46,185 nt of DNA. Source: a virus (lineage: Duplodnaviria; Caudoviricetes). Both the position numbers and the translations under genes were made by a program. Below the pieces are notes generated by a model. It saw nothing but the letters and a program-made list of their open reading frames with translations, was not told the DNA's origin and ran no database searches. Positions 1-8,615 of the stretch are shown in pieces. The stretch covers positions 1-46,185 of the IMG/VR virus record IMGVR_UViG_3300012844_000024, one strand, 5' to 3'. Numbering within the stretch: the stretch's first letter is position 1; every line of letters begins with the position of its first letter.

Positions 1-1185
1 TTACAACGCGGTGTCTAGAGGTGATGTTGTCATAACGCTGGCATTAGTTGCAAAAAGAGCCTCTGCGCGCCCTCCGGCTCCCACGTCGGCAGAGGGCATC
101 CAGCGACCATAAACCTTGGCGATCATGGTCCAGTCTTTGTGACCCATTTGCTGAGCAACCCACATCGGATTTTCGCCAGCGCTGAGCATCATCGAGGCGT
201 ATGTGTGTCGGCTCTGGTAAGGGCGCCGCCACCGTACGCCCGCTTTTTTCATTGCGGGAACCCAAATCACTCGGTAGATGTAGCCGGCATGTCGCCATGG
301 TTCGCCAGTGATGGTGTTCAGGAACACATGCTTTCCGGCCAGAAAGGTCAGTTCCTTTTGCTTGAGCAGTGCCTCTCTTGCAGGGCCAAGCAGCTTAACC
401 GTTCTCCTGCTAGATGCGGTTTTGGTCGACTCGGGAACCTTGGCCGCCCTGGTCTTGGCCCGAACTATTCGGATTTCCCCAGCGATCCAATCAATATCCC
501 CCCACTCCAGCGCGATTAGCTCACTAGGACGAAGGCCCGTCCAGAACGCGAACTGCAGCTGAGCCCACGTCTCCCCCCGCGCCGCCCTGAGCAGCGCCTC
601 CTGCTCCTCCCGGGTGAACGGATCTACGTCATCCTCCTCCTTGATCTTCTCCCGATTCTTGTATGCCCATCCCGAAAGCGGGTTGCTCTCAATGATTTCG
701 TCCTCTACTGCGTCATTGAGCGCCGACCGAAAGCAGGTCTGAACTGTGGTCAGCCTACTGTTCGAAACCTGGTAATCGGACAACTGATCCTTGATTACCT
801 TCTTGTTGAGCTCTCCGAGCGACAGATCCCCAAACATTGGCTTGAGTATCGATCTGATGATTGACCGGTATAGGGCCGTGGTGCTCGATTTGAAGGTCTT
901 CGTTTTCCGCTCCAGCCATTCGTCCAGGTAGACGCCGATATTCTGGTTTGAGCTGGCCCTGGCAAACTGGGCGGCGCGCTTTGATCGCGGGAATGTGGCG
1001 GCGTAATCGAATGTTCCATTTGATATGGCGTACTCGATTGCCGACTTGTGCTGCTCCGCCTTTTTCAGGTTAGCGGCGGTGGGCTTGAGCTGGACCCGCT
1101 CCCGGCACCGGACGCCCTGGTATTGGAATGTGATTTCGATACTACTTGAAGACGCGGGCCTGACGCCTCCCCCATCTCTACCCAT
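1..1185 (-). CDS. int: Tyrosine integrase with N-terminal arm-binding domain
   Basis: Catalytic motifs TGLRPSE, YQSRHTY, QMGH, VYG; N-terminal SIEITFQYQGVRCRE arm-binding segment. Confidence 0.95.
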   Translation of the reverse strand: MGRDGGGVRPASSSSIEITFQYQGVRCRERVQLKPTAANLKKAEQHKSAIEYAISNGTFDYAATFPRSKRAAQFARASSNQNIGVYLDEWLERKTKTFKSSTTALYRSIIRSILKPMFGDLSLGELNKKVIKDQLSDYQVSNSRLTTVQTCFRSALNDAVEDEIIESNPLSGWAYKNREKIKEEDDVDPFTREEQEALLRAARGETWAQLQFAFWTGLRPSELIALEWGDIDWIAGEIRIVRAKTRAAKVPESTKTASSRRTVKLLGPAREALLKQKELTFLAGKHVFLNTITGEPWRHAGYIYRVIWVPAMKKAGVRWRRPYQSRHTYASMMLSAGENPMWVAQQMGHKDWTMIAKVYGRWMPSADVGAGGRAEALFATNASVMTTSPLDTAL

Positions 1186-1343
1186 GAGTAATACCCCTCA
1201 ACGTCAATTAGGATTCTTCCGTCAGGCGCTTTACGCCAGACCATGTGCTTCGGCCATTTGCCGTCGCGGATTTTGGTCCTTATGGCGTCAGGTGTGTAGC
1301 CAGATTCTCGGGAGAATTGTTCCACGGTCTTGTATCGGACCAT
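1065..1343 (-). CDS. xis: Excisionase
   Basis: MVRYKTVEQFSRESGYTPDAIRTKIRDGKW...WRKAPDGRILID winged-helix pattern; overlaps the int 5' end; GAGG upstream of ATG 1343. Confidence 0.8.
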   Translation of the reverse strand: MVRYKTVEQFSRESGYTPDAIRTKIRDGKWPKHMVWRKAPDGRILIDVEGYYSWVEMGEASGPRLQVVSKSHSNTRASGAGSGSSSSPPPLT

Positions 1344-1354
1344 TGCGGGCCTCC

Positions 1355-1531
1355 TCAGGCTAAGAAGCGGTGCCCGACCTTCGCCGCCCGGGCGGCTTCC
1401 TCGGTGCGGAACATGAGCTGGGTTTTGCAGGTGCTGCCCCAGGCGTTGTACTCGACATCGACCCACCAGTGGCCGAACTTGCGGTACGGCTCGCCGAGGA
1501 TCTTCGTGACGTAGCAGTCGATCAGGTTCAT
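1355..1531 (-). CDS. Hypothetical phage protein (58 aa)
   Basis: MNLIDCYVTKILGEPY...; GGAG RBS; in the leftward operon. Confidence 0.7.
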   Translation of the reverse strand: MNLIDCYVTKILGEPYRKFGHWWVDVEYNAWGSTCKTQLMFRTEEAARAAKVGHRFLA

Positions 1532-1568
1532 GGATGGCTCCACGCCGCCAGTGGCGGCAGGTTGGCGG

Positions 1569-1946
1569 TCAGGCCATGGCCGCAGTGATGGTCCGCTCGA
1601 AGCGCGAAGCCAGTTCGGCGTTGACCTCGGCCTTTGCCAGGCTGTCGGCGGTGCCCTTGGCACGGTGCAGGGCTTCGTACTTGCGCAGCTGGGCAGCGGC
1701 TTCGATCAGATCCCTCAGCAGCAGGGGCGCCGCGGCGATCAGCTTGGCGTTGGCCCGGCGCAGATCCCGGCTGAGTTCAGCAGGTCCGATCTCGGTGAAG
1801 GTCACGCAGTCGCCGCAATCAGCGATCATCCAGCCGTCAGAGGGAAGCGCCTTCACGCCATCACCACTGTCGGCGCCCAGGCCGGTGAAGACCTCGGTTT
1901 CGTTCAAGACTTCCCATGGGCCGGGCGTGTGTTTGTGATTCGTCAT
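1569..1946 (-). CDS. Hypothetical phage protein (KHTPGPW...ANAKLIAAAP family)
   Basis: Motifs KHTPGPW and ANAKLIAAAP are common in phage early ORFs; GGAGAG RBS. Confidence 0.8.
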   Translation of the reverse strand: MTNHKHTPGPWEVLNETEVFTGLGADSGDGVKALPSDGWMIADCGDCVTFTEIGPAELSRDLRRANAKLIAAAPLLLRDLIEAAAQLRKYEALHRAKGTADSLAKAEVNAELASRFERTITAAMA

Positions 1947-2000
1947 GGCAATAGCTCTCCATGCCCGCGCATGTCAGCGGGCTTGAGTTTTAGGGGGGGG

Positions 2001-2774
2001 TTAAGCGCGCGCTTCGAACAGGTCGATCTGCGCCGCCGGGGTATCGCGGATGGTGATGGCATCGGCAACACGCTGCTGGGCGGTACCGAAGTGCGCCTCG
2101 TCCTGCTCAATGCCGATGAAGCGCCGGCCCAGCTGGATGCTGGCGACGCCGGTCGTGCCGCTGCCCATCGTGTTATCGAGCACTACCTGGCCGGGGTTGG
2201 TGTAGGTAGCGATCAGAAACCGCATCCAGCTGACTGGCTTTTGAGTCGGATGGAAGCTGCCGGTCTGCTTATCGCTCGAGAAGAACTGCACCGAGCGCGG
2301 GTACCGGTCCGTGGAGTCGTACTCGGTGAGCGACAGGGCCTTGCCGTAGCACTCCGAGTTGACCGTCTTGCGCTTGGCTGTGCGCCGCTCGTGGCCGCTG
2401 GTCATTTGTGGGTTGTACACAGGCTGTCGGCGGTAGAAGACCTGGGCGCTTTCATGGGCCCGCAGTGGCTGCTTCTTGGCGTTGAGGAAGCCGGTTGCGT
2501 TGCCTTTTTCCCAGATCCACTCGTAGCGGTAGTCGCGAGGGTTGCTGGCTACCACCAGCGAACTGAACGGCTGGGCCGCGCAGAGAACGATGGCCGCTTC
2601 GGGCTTGGCAATTCTAAAGTACTGCTCCCACAGGGGGGCAAAAGGAATCACCACATCCCAAGCGCACTGCGTTGTGCCATAGGGCAGATCAGCCAGCACC
2701 AGGTCGACGCTGGCGTCTGGGATCGACCTCATCACCTCCAGGCACTCGCCGTGGTACAGGCTGACTTCGCTCAT
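2001..2774 (-). CDS. Orphan N6-adenine/N4-cytosine DNA methyltransferase, beta class
   Basis: Motif IV DLPY precedes HPTQKP and the SAM motif DNTMGSGTTG. Confidence 0.92.
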   Translation of the reverse strand: MSEVSLYHGECLEVMRSIPDASVDLVLADLPYGTTQCAWDVVIPFAPLWEQYFRIAKPEAAIVLCAAQPFSSLVVASNPRDYRYEWIWEKGNATGFLNAKKQPLRAHESAQVFYRRQPVYNPQMTSGHERRTAKRKTVNSECYGKALSLTEYDSTDRYPRSVQFFSSDKQTGSFHPTQKPVSWMRFLIATYTNPGQVVLDNTMGSGTTGVASIQLGRRFIGIEQDEAHFGTAQQRVADAITIRDTPAAQIDLFEARA

Positions 2775-2821
2775 CGCGGCCCCCTGTAGATCAGGTAGGC
2801 CATGTAGGCGAGGGCGATCAT
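2771..2821 (-). CDS. 16-aa hydrophobic minigene MIALAYMAYLIYRGPR
   Basis: ATGA overlaps with both flanking genes and fills the gap exactly. Confidence 0.45.
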   Translation of the reverse strand: MIALAYMAYLIYRGPR

Positions 2822-3198
2822 GCTGCCTCCTGCATGCTGACCGGCTCAGCGCCATCGGCAAGCAGAATGCGCATGCCGATCTCCTTAGCAATGTGCACCT
2901 CCAGACGAGCGCCGCGCGACCGCGACCAGCCCGGTAGCAGCATCATCGCTTCGCAGGTCGAGAGCCGGCCGATATCGAAGCGCAGATAGTCCTCCCACTC
3001 GGCACCGTTGACGTGGCCGTGCTCGGCCGGGTTTTCAACGTGCCAGCCCTCGGCGCGCATGGCCGCAGCCATGGCATGGAAAGCCGGGAAGTTGAACTCG
3101 GGTAGGCCGGTCATGGGTCCGGCGATGTAGACGCGCTTGGTCCGATCTTCGGTGAGAAGCACGGTGCGCTCTGCGCTGGTTACAGAAGATTCAGTCAC
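2818..3198 (-). CDS. DUF4406-like protein (nucleoside deoxyribosyltransferase-like fold)
   Basis: RVYIAGPMTGLPEFNFPAF...NPAE...LPGWSRSRGARLE. Confidence 0.85.
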   Translation of the reverse strand: MTESSVTSAERTVLLTEDRTKRVYIAGPMTGLPEFNFPAFHAMAAAMRAEGWHVENPAEHGHVNGAEWEDYLRFDIGRLSTCEAMMLLPGWSRSRGARLEVHIAKEIGMRILLADGAEPVSMQEAA

Positions 3199-3446
3199 AG
3201 CTGATACCTCTCATCAATCCAACGCCCAGGCGCCAGTGCGGGTGTAGGTTCGGGTTGTGTTTCGTGCGGGGAGAGCTGGCGATCGTTGCCGGCCTGCAGC
3301 TGGCTGTCCGGGATGCAGCTGATGCCGACCCCGTTGGGCAGGTAGCAGGTGACGCCGCGCTGGCTGTCGTGCTGCACGTCGATGACGTTCTCGGTTGCGC
3401 TGGCGCCGGTGGCCAGCAGCAGGAGGCAGAGGGCGAGGCGAGTCAT
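3195..3446 (-). CDS. Small secreted protein with signal peptide
   Basis: MTRLALCLLLLATGASA signal; HDSQRGVTCY...GISCIP. Confidence 0.75.
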   Translation of the reverse strand: MTRLALCLLLLATGASATENVIDVQHDSQRGVTCYLPNGVGISCIPDSQLQAGNDRQLSPHETQPEPTPALAPGRWIDERYQL

Positions 3447-4033
3447 GCCTGGGCCTCCTGGCGCTCGCTGGCAACCATATCGATGAATGCTTGGGGCAGT
3501 TCAACCGCTTCGAAGCCTGGCGACCAGGACAATGGCGGGCACTTGGCGATCATTTCGTTAAGCAGCTCGAACGCAGCAAGCAGCTGATCGTCATTCACCT
3601 CGCCGTCTTCCGGCAGGTCATCGCAGAAGTGGTCGTTCGGATCGATCTGCCTGGGATAGTTCGGGGTGCAGAAAACCAGCCTCAGGTCGGCCAGGTCCAC
3701 TTCATGCTCGATGAGGTAGTCCCGCAGATCTTCCTCGTCGAAGAAGTACTGGTCGCCGTCGTATTCAGTGATCGCTTCGCCGGCCCACAAGCGCTTAGGC
3801 ATGGCTGCGAACTTGGCAGCCCGGCTCTCTGCATGACAGGTCTCGCACCACCCGTTCGTTGCATGAATGGGATGCTCCGGGTTTTTGGCGCAGCGCCGAT
3901 GCGTTGACCCGCAGTAGCGGGCCATGTGCTCGTCCTTCCCCCAGAACCGGCCGGAAGGATCGACCCAGCCAGTAACGGTCTGGATGCTGGCGGCTTCGGG
4001 GGATTCGTACATCACGACTTTTTCTTCGCACAT
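3443..4033 (-). CDS. Hypothetical phage protein, Cys/His-rich N-terminus
   Basis: 196-aa ORF with AAGGA RBS; coupled to the next gene. Confidence 0.85.
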   Translation of the reverse strand: MCEEKVVMYESPEAASIQTVTGWVDPSGRFWGKDEHMARYCGSTHRRCAKNPEHPIHATNGWCETCHAESRAAKFAAMPKRLWAGEAITEYDGDQYFFDEEDLRDYLIEHEVDLADLRLVFCTPNYPRQIDPNDHFCDDLPEDGEVNDDQLLAAFELLNEMIAKCPPLSWSPGFEAVELPQAFIDMVASERQEAQA

Positions 4034-4114
4034 GGTGATTCCTTGGCCGCCATATCGCGGCAGTGAATAGAGGGGAGAGGGGTTACATCTGGGCGGAGCA
4101 CAAATGTGCTCCAG

Positions 4115-4492
4115 TCAGGATTTCTTCTTGGCCTGGCGCGCCTTGAAGCGTTCGTATGGGCCGTCAGGCAAGTCGGCGATGGCGTTGGCAGCCTTGATCA
4201 GCAGGTCACCCAAGGCGGTGCGAGCCTTCGGCACAAAAGCTCTGTACCGTGTGCCGGGCGGGTAATAGGCAGACCACCCCATGCGGCTGCAGAGCTCCTA
4301 CGCTTCGTTAAGTCCGGCATTGCGGCCATCGGCGAAGGCCTTGGCACGGCGCGGGTCCATCCACTCGAGCTCGCCGTTGACCAGCTGATCTATACGCTGA
4401 TCGCGCTCGGTAAGATCGGCCTGGAGCTTAGCGACGAGCCGCTCCAGGTGGTCGCTTTGATTCTGGTCAGGCAGTTGGGTCTGGCTGTTCAT
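4115..4492 (-). pseudogene. Hypothetical gene split by an in-frame TAG at 4298-4300
   Basis: Frame continues NEA*ELCSRMGW...RQAKKKS to TGA at 4115-4117. Confidence 0.6.
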
Positions 4493-5121
4493 AGCTGCCG
4501 CTCCAAGGCGCCTCTCGCTACCGTGCCATCCTCGATGAAGTCCGGCTCCTCGCCACGCCACAGAATGTTCAGGGGCTCGCCGCTCACGGTGTCCCAATCA
4601 CCACTCTCGAAGTGGTAATGCTCGCGGTCAGCGTAGAACTTCAGGGCAGCGCGCAGCCGCTCAACCTCGCCAGGATCGGCTTGGGCGAAAACATCTCGCA
4701 CTGGGTATCCAGCGTCCTCAGTGTTCTTCCGGTGATCCTTGATACGGTCGTCACCGTTCCACCACTTTCCGTCTTGGTAGAACTGCCAACCCGCCGGCTC
4801 GCTCTGGCGCTGCTCGGCAGGTGCTGCGCCGGTCATCGGCCCCAGGCCAACAATCGGCAGCCCAGTCGCCGCCGCATCCCGCTCTGCCTCTTCTTTGGTC
4901 CACCAGATGGCAGTACCAACCATCCAGGCTATAGGCTCGGGGTGGGGCTGCGGGGCTGGCGCTGCGGCAAGCATCGCGCGCCATGTCGGGAAAATCCCGT
5001 TCACTTCTTGCGCTGCAGCCAGCATTTTGCGCGTTGGCTCGCGCGGCACGCTTACCATATCGATGATCCCCTCGATATGGTCATGCTGCTCGATGGTGCT
5101 GGATCGGTTTTCTGTGGGCAT
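4489..5121 (-). CDS. Hypothetical mosaic phage protein
   Basis: VPREPTRKMLAAA / WRAMLAAAP / EPIAW modules typical of phage early genes. Confidence 0.8.
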   Translation of the reverse strand: MPTENRSSTIEQHDHIEGIIDMVSVPREPTRKMLAAAQEVNGIFPTWRAMLAAAPAPQPHPEPIAWMVGTAIWWTKEEAERDAAATGLPIVGLGPMTGAAPAEQRQSEPAGWQFYQDGKWWNGDDRIKDHRKNTEDAGYPVRDVFAQADPGEVERLRAALKFYADREHYHFESGDWDTVSGEPLNILWRGEEPDFIEDGTVARGALERQL

Positions 5122-5142
5122 GGGTGTCTCCTGCTGGCGGCG

Positions 5143-7035
5143 TCAGGCCGCCAGGCGCTGGTAGAGTTCGATGAGGTCGGATGCGTTCGCCGCGACAAGG
5201 GCCCGGGCTTCGTCCTTGCAGACACTGTTGCCCAGCAGCTTCACCTGGTCAGTCTTGCTGATGGCTTTCCAGTAAAGCTGGCCGGTCACTTCATCGAGGA
5301 ACAGGCCTCGGTCGATGATGTAGTCCGGTCGGAAGCCTTGGGCGCGTTTCAGCTCGTGCGGCTGCAGCATGCGCAGGGTAATGTCGATCAGCACGTAGTC
5401 GCCGACCATGACGAGATCGGCGTGCTCGGTGAAGTGCTGCGGCAGGTATTTGCGGAGAAACGCCGCACACTTGCGGGCACTGGCCAGTTGTTCGTCTGTC
5501 AGCGTGTGGCTGTGTAACTGGACGACCTCAACCACAGCCATGCGATCCTTGGACGGGATCGTGTGGGCCGGCTCGCGAAGTGAGATCCCGTCCTTCTCGG
5601 CACCGTAGTACTTCACCATGTAGGCAGTGACCAGGCGCTGATTTGAGCCTTTGCCTAGGACGGTCGAAAACGGATCGTCAGCTGCGCGGCCGTCGCCCTT
5701 ATAGAAGCCACCATTGGCCTGCTCCAGGTGGGCGGAAGCGATAGCGTGGTGACCGCTGTTCTGCGTTATGCAACTGAGAGGGCCGCTTGTGGCACTACCC
5801 ACGCAGCCCTTGCGTAACGTCACTAGGGAGGCAGAAACCAGTGCCTGCTCACCGCGATTGGCGCCTGTTACCGTCATGGCACGGTCCGTGGCAGGGTAGC
5901 CTGATCGATCGCCATGGTGCGTCAGGTGTGTCAGATGCGCGCCGACCAACGCAAAGTGGCCTCCCTTGACTTGAGCAACTTGGGTTCGCAGTGGCTCAAG
6001 AGTGTCGAAAGTGCGCTGGGTCGACCCATTCGCATGCTCAGTAAGGCATCCCGCCATCGCCATCGTCGGCTGAACCAGGGCGTGATGGGTACCGCCACCG
6101 CTGATGGTCGAGGCTGGCTCATCGACGCTGTGCGTGCTGGTGTGCGCCTTCGAGGTTCCGCGCAGCGGGACTATGAACGGGTCATTGCAGGCCAGGGTGT
6201 GCCGCCACAGGCCTTTGGCGATCCGGTTCATGGTGTTCTCCACCAGAGCATCGTCGCGGAAGATCGTGCGGCCCTGCAGCTCCCAGTCAATGCACTCGGC
6301 GGCGGATCGCCAGGCCTGCTGACCCTTGCCGGGGGTCTTGTGATGCGTCGGCGCGGGCCAGACGATTGGCTTGCCGTCGCGCCGGGCGATGCCGTACAAG
6401 CGCTTGCGAATCGTAGGCGCGCCTTGGTCGGCTGCGACGCGCACCTGGTGCTCGAAGTTGTAGCGCAGGCCGCGCACCAGTGCTTCCTTGGGTACGTGGT
6501 CGCCGATTTCGGCCAAGATCTCAGGCAGGTCTGGGTGATCCTCTGGAATCCCCTTGCCCAGGACGTTCACGAACGCTTGGAATGTCCGGCCCTTTTCGGC
6601 TTTGACCGGCTTGCCCTCATCGTCGAGCGGCCCCCAGTCGGCAAACTCCTCCACGTTTTCGAGGAAGATCAGTCGCGGGCGCGTCTGGTATGCCCACCGG
6701 ATGATTACCCATGCCAGGCCGCGAATTTTACGGTCGCGTGGCTTCCCGCCTTTGGCCTTGCTGTGGTGCCGGCAGTCCGGCGATGCCCACAAGATGCCGA
6801 CCGGCTGACCTTTGGTAGCCAGGACCGGGTCGACCTCGAAAACATCCGCCACGTAGTGCTCGGTCTGCTGGTGGTTGGCGCGGTGCACGGCCAGGGCGAT
6901 TGGGTTGTGGTTTACCGCCACATCCGGCTCGCGGTACACCTCGGCGATGCCGCTGCTGGCGCCGCCGCCACCGGCGAAGAGATCGACGACCAGCTCCTTT
7001 TCGAAGGGCAGGGCGAGGGAGGTCATACAGGTCAT
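5143..7035 (-). CDS. Orphan C5-cytosine DNA methyltransferase with expanded variable region
   Basis: DLFAGGGG (I), ASPDC (IV), LENV (VI), RKRLY (VIII), ELKRAQGF (IX), LGNSV (X). Confidence 0.95.
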   Translation of the reverse strand: MTCMTSLALPFEKELVVDLFAGGGGASSGIAEVYREPDVAVNHNPIALAVHRANHQQTEHYVADVFEVDPVLATKGQPVGILWASPDCRHHSKAKGGKPRDRKIRGLAWVIIRWAYQTRPRLIFLENVEEFADWGPLDDEGKPVKAEKGRTFQAFVNVLGKGIPEDHPDLPEILAEIGDHVPKEALVRGLRYNFEHQVRVAADQGAPTIRKRLYGIARRDGKPIVWPAPTHHKTPGKGQQAWRSAAECIDWELQGRTIFRDDALVENTMNRIAKGLWRHTLACNDPFIVPLRGTSKAHTSTHSVDEPASTISGGGTHHALVQPTMAMAGCLTEHANGSTQRTFDTLEPLRTQVAQVKGGHFALVGAHLTHLTHHGDRSGYPATDRAMTVTGANRGEQALVSASLVTLRKGCVGSATSGPLSCITQNSGHHAIASAHLEQANGGFYKGDGRAADDPFSTVLGKGSNQRLVTAYMVKYYGAEKDGISLREPAHTIPSKDRMAVVEVVQLHSHTLTDEQLASARKCAAFLRKYLPQHFTEHADLVMVGDYVLIDITLRMLQPHELKRAQGFRPDYIIDRGLFLDEVTGQLYWKAISKTDQVKLLGNSVCKDEARALVAANASDLIELYQRLAA

Positions 7036-7118
7036 GTTGTGGTCCTTGCGTGCAGGCGCCGCCCTCGCCGGGGAGGCGTTATCGTTGAATAGGGGAAGGC
7101 GCTGGCGGGCAGCGCTGG

Positions 7119-7481
7119 TCAGGCGTTGGCGAGCAACAGCAGGCCGGTGTCGTCCGGGTCGTCGCCGAGCATCAGGTCAGAGGCGCGTAGCTCGCGGCCG
7201 ATGCGGAACTGATCAAGCCGTCGCGCCACAAAATCCGAAACAACAATTTCGTGGCGCGGCGCACTGAGGAAATGGCGGGCCGCTTCAGGCCCTAATTCAT
7301 GGATGCGGTGGATCAGCAGGGTCATGGCCTCGCCGTTTTCCTCGACCTGGGCCCATTCCATGATTTCGGCCAGGGCCTGGCGGGTGCCCGGGCGGGCTTT
7401 CATGCGCAGGTCTTCTTCCTGTAGGCGTTCGGCCTTGGCCCTGCGTTTCTCGTCACGCTGCTGCTGCGTCAGAGCCATCAT
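7119..7481 (-). CDS. Hypothetical phage protein
   Basis: ORF with GGAGG RBS in the leftward operon. Confidence 0.75.
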   Translation of the reverse strand: MMALTQQQRDEKRRAKAERLQEEDLRMKARPGTRQALAEIMEWAQVEENGEAMTLLIHRIHELGPEAARHFLSAPRHEIVVSDFVARRLDQFRIGRELRASDLMLGDDPDDTGLLLLANA

Positions 7482-7818
7482 CGCCTCCATTGCGCAAGAA
7501 GGTGGAGCCCGGCCCGATGTCGAGTAGGTCGCAAACCCGGTTGATGATCTTGAGCGCGGCGTCGAACACCTTGGCGTCGTCAGGCTCGCGGGCCAGGCGC
7601 TTCATGTTTGGCTGGTGCTCCAGGCAGACCTTGTCGACCAGGCGCCGGGCCAGTCGGCGCAGGTGATCGGCGCTGTCGTGCTCCCGCAGGCTCAGCGCAA
7701 AGGCTAGGGCCACATCATCAGGCCGGTACTGTCCGCCGCTGCGGGTGTTGTACAGCTTCTTGACCGGCCGATTCATCCAGGCCGGCAGGGTGACGACTCC
7801 AGAGGGTGCTTTCTGCAT
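7453..7818 (-). CDS. Hypothetical phage protein
   Basis: 121-aa ORF, AAGGAG RBS. Confidence 0.75.
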   Translation of the reverse strand: MQKAPSGVVTLPAWMNRPVKKLYNTRSGGQYRPDDVALAFALSLREHDSADHLRRLARRLVDKVCLEHQPNMKRLAREPDDAKVFDAALKIINRVCDLLDIGPGSTFLRNGGDDGSDAAAA

Positions 7819-7903
7819 GTCTGTGCTCCTTGAGGCCGCTGGGCGGCAGGTGGAACTGTTCTTGCCGCCGGCGCTGGCGGACCAGGTTGTTGATCCGCCT
7901 CAT
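7718..7903 (-). CDS. Possible Arg-rich small protein
   Basis: ATGA-coupled to the upstream gene, but overlaps the next gene by about 100 nt. Confidence 0.4.
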   Translation of the reverse strand: MRRINNLVRQRRRQEQFHLPPSGLKEHRHAESTLWSRHPAGLDESAGQEAVQHPQRRTVPA

Positions 7904-8088
7904 GCCGCGCTCGCCGCGTCGATCTGCTCGGTGATCTCAAACAGCTGCTGAGTCAGGTTCTCGATGGTCGCAGCGCCGCGCACACGTTCGGCGCGACTCC
8001 ACTGGCAGCTACGGTTGAACAGCAACTGCAGGTTCTGCTCCAGTTCCTTTCGGCGGTGGAGCAGGTCGAGGATGGTGGCGAGTGACAT
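7900..8088 (-). CDS. Hypothetical coiled-coil protein
   Basis: 62-aa ORF directly after ssb. Confidence 0.7.
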   Translation of the reverse strand: MSLATILDLLHRRKELEQNLQLLFNRSCQWSRAERVRGAATIENLTQQLFEITEQIDAASAA

Positions 8089-8090
8089 GG

Positions 8091-8615
8091 CTATGCACCT
8101 GCCAGGTGGTGGAGCGGGGCAAATGGGATATCGTCGTCGAAGCTTTCCTGGTCGGGCGGCGCGGCCTGCTGGTTCTGGTGCGGCGCCTGGCGCTGCTGGC
8201 TGTACTGCTGGCGAGGCTGCTGCCGTTGCTGCTGGGGCTGGCGCTGTTGCTGCTGACCACCGCCCTGGTTATCCGGCCGGCCGCCCAGCAGCTGCAGGGT
8301 GCCGTTGATGTCGACGTGCACCTCTGTGGCGTAACGCTTGACGCCGTCCTTCTCCCATTCCCGGGTTTTCAGCTTGCCCTCGATGTAACACTGGGAGCCC
8401 TTGCGCAGGTACTCGCCGGCGATCTCAGCGACCTTGCCGAACATCACCACGCGGTGCCATTCGGTCTTCTCGATCTTTTGGCCGGTCTGTCTGTCGTTCC
8501 ACGATTCGCTGGTGGCCAGGCTCAGATTGGTGACCGCGTTGCCATTGGGCAGGTAACGGACCTCGGGATCCTGGCCGCAGGCTCCGACCAGGATTACTTT
8601 GTTGATGCCCCTCAT
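8091..8615 (-). CDS. ssb: Single-stranded DNA-binding protein
   Basis: [21 protein letters not shown]; Q-rich linker; acidic DDDIPF tail. Confidence 0.97.
   Translation of the reverse strand: MRGINKVILVGACGQDPEVRYLPNGNAVTNLSLATSESWNDRQTGQKIEKTEWHRVVMFGKVAEIAGEYLRKGSQCYIEGKLKTREWEKDGVKRYATEVHVDINGTLQLLGGRPDNQGGGQQQQRQPQQQRQQPRQQYSQQRQAPHQNQQAAPPDQESFDDDIPFAPLHHLAGA

Noticed and set aside
1-60. att core at the window ends
   Set aside because: The window is cut at gene boundaries; no direct repeat seen between the two ends
1530-2789. 419-aa plus-strand ORF
   Set aside because: Antisense shadow of the MTase and neighbours; typical of high-GC codon bias; no motifs
5914-7092. 392-aa plus-strand ORF
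   Set aside because: Antisense shadow of the C5 methyltransferase
8150-8270. CAG/CTG-rich low-complexity repeat
   Set aside because: Ordinary Gln-rich SSB linker
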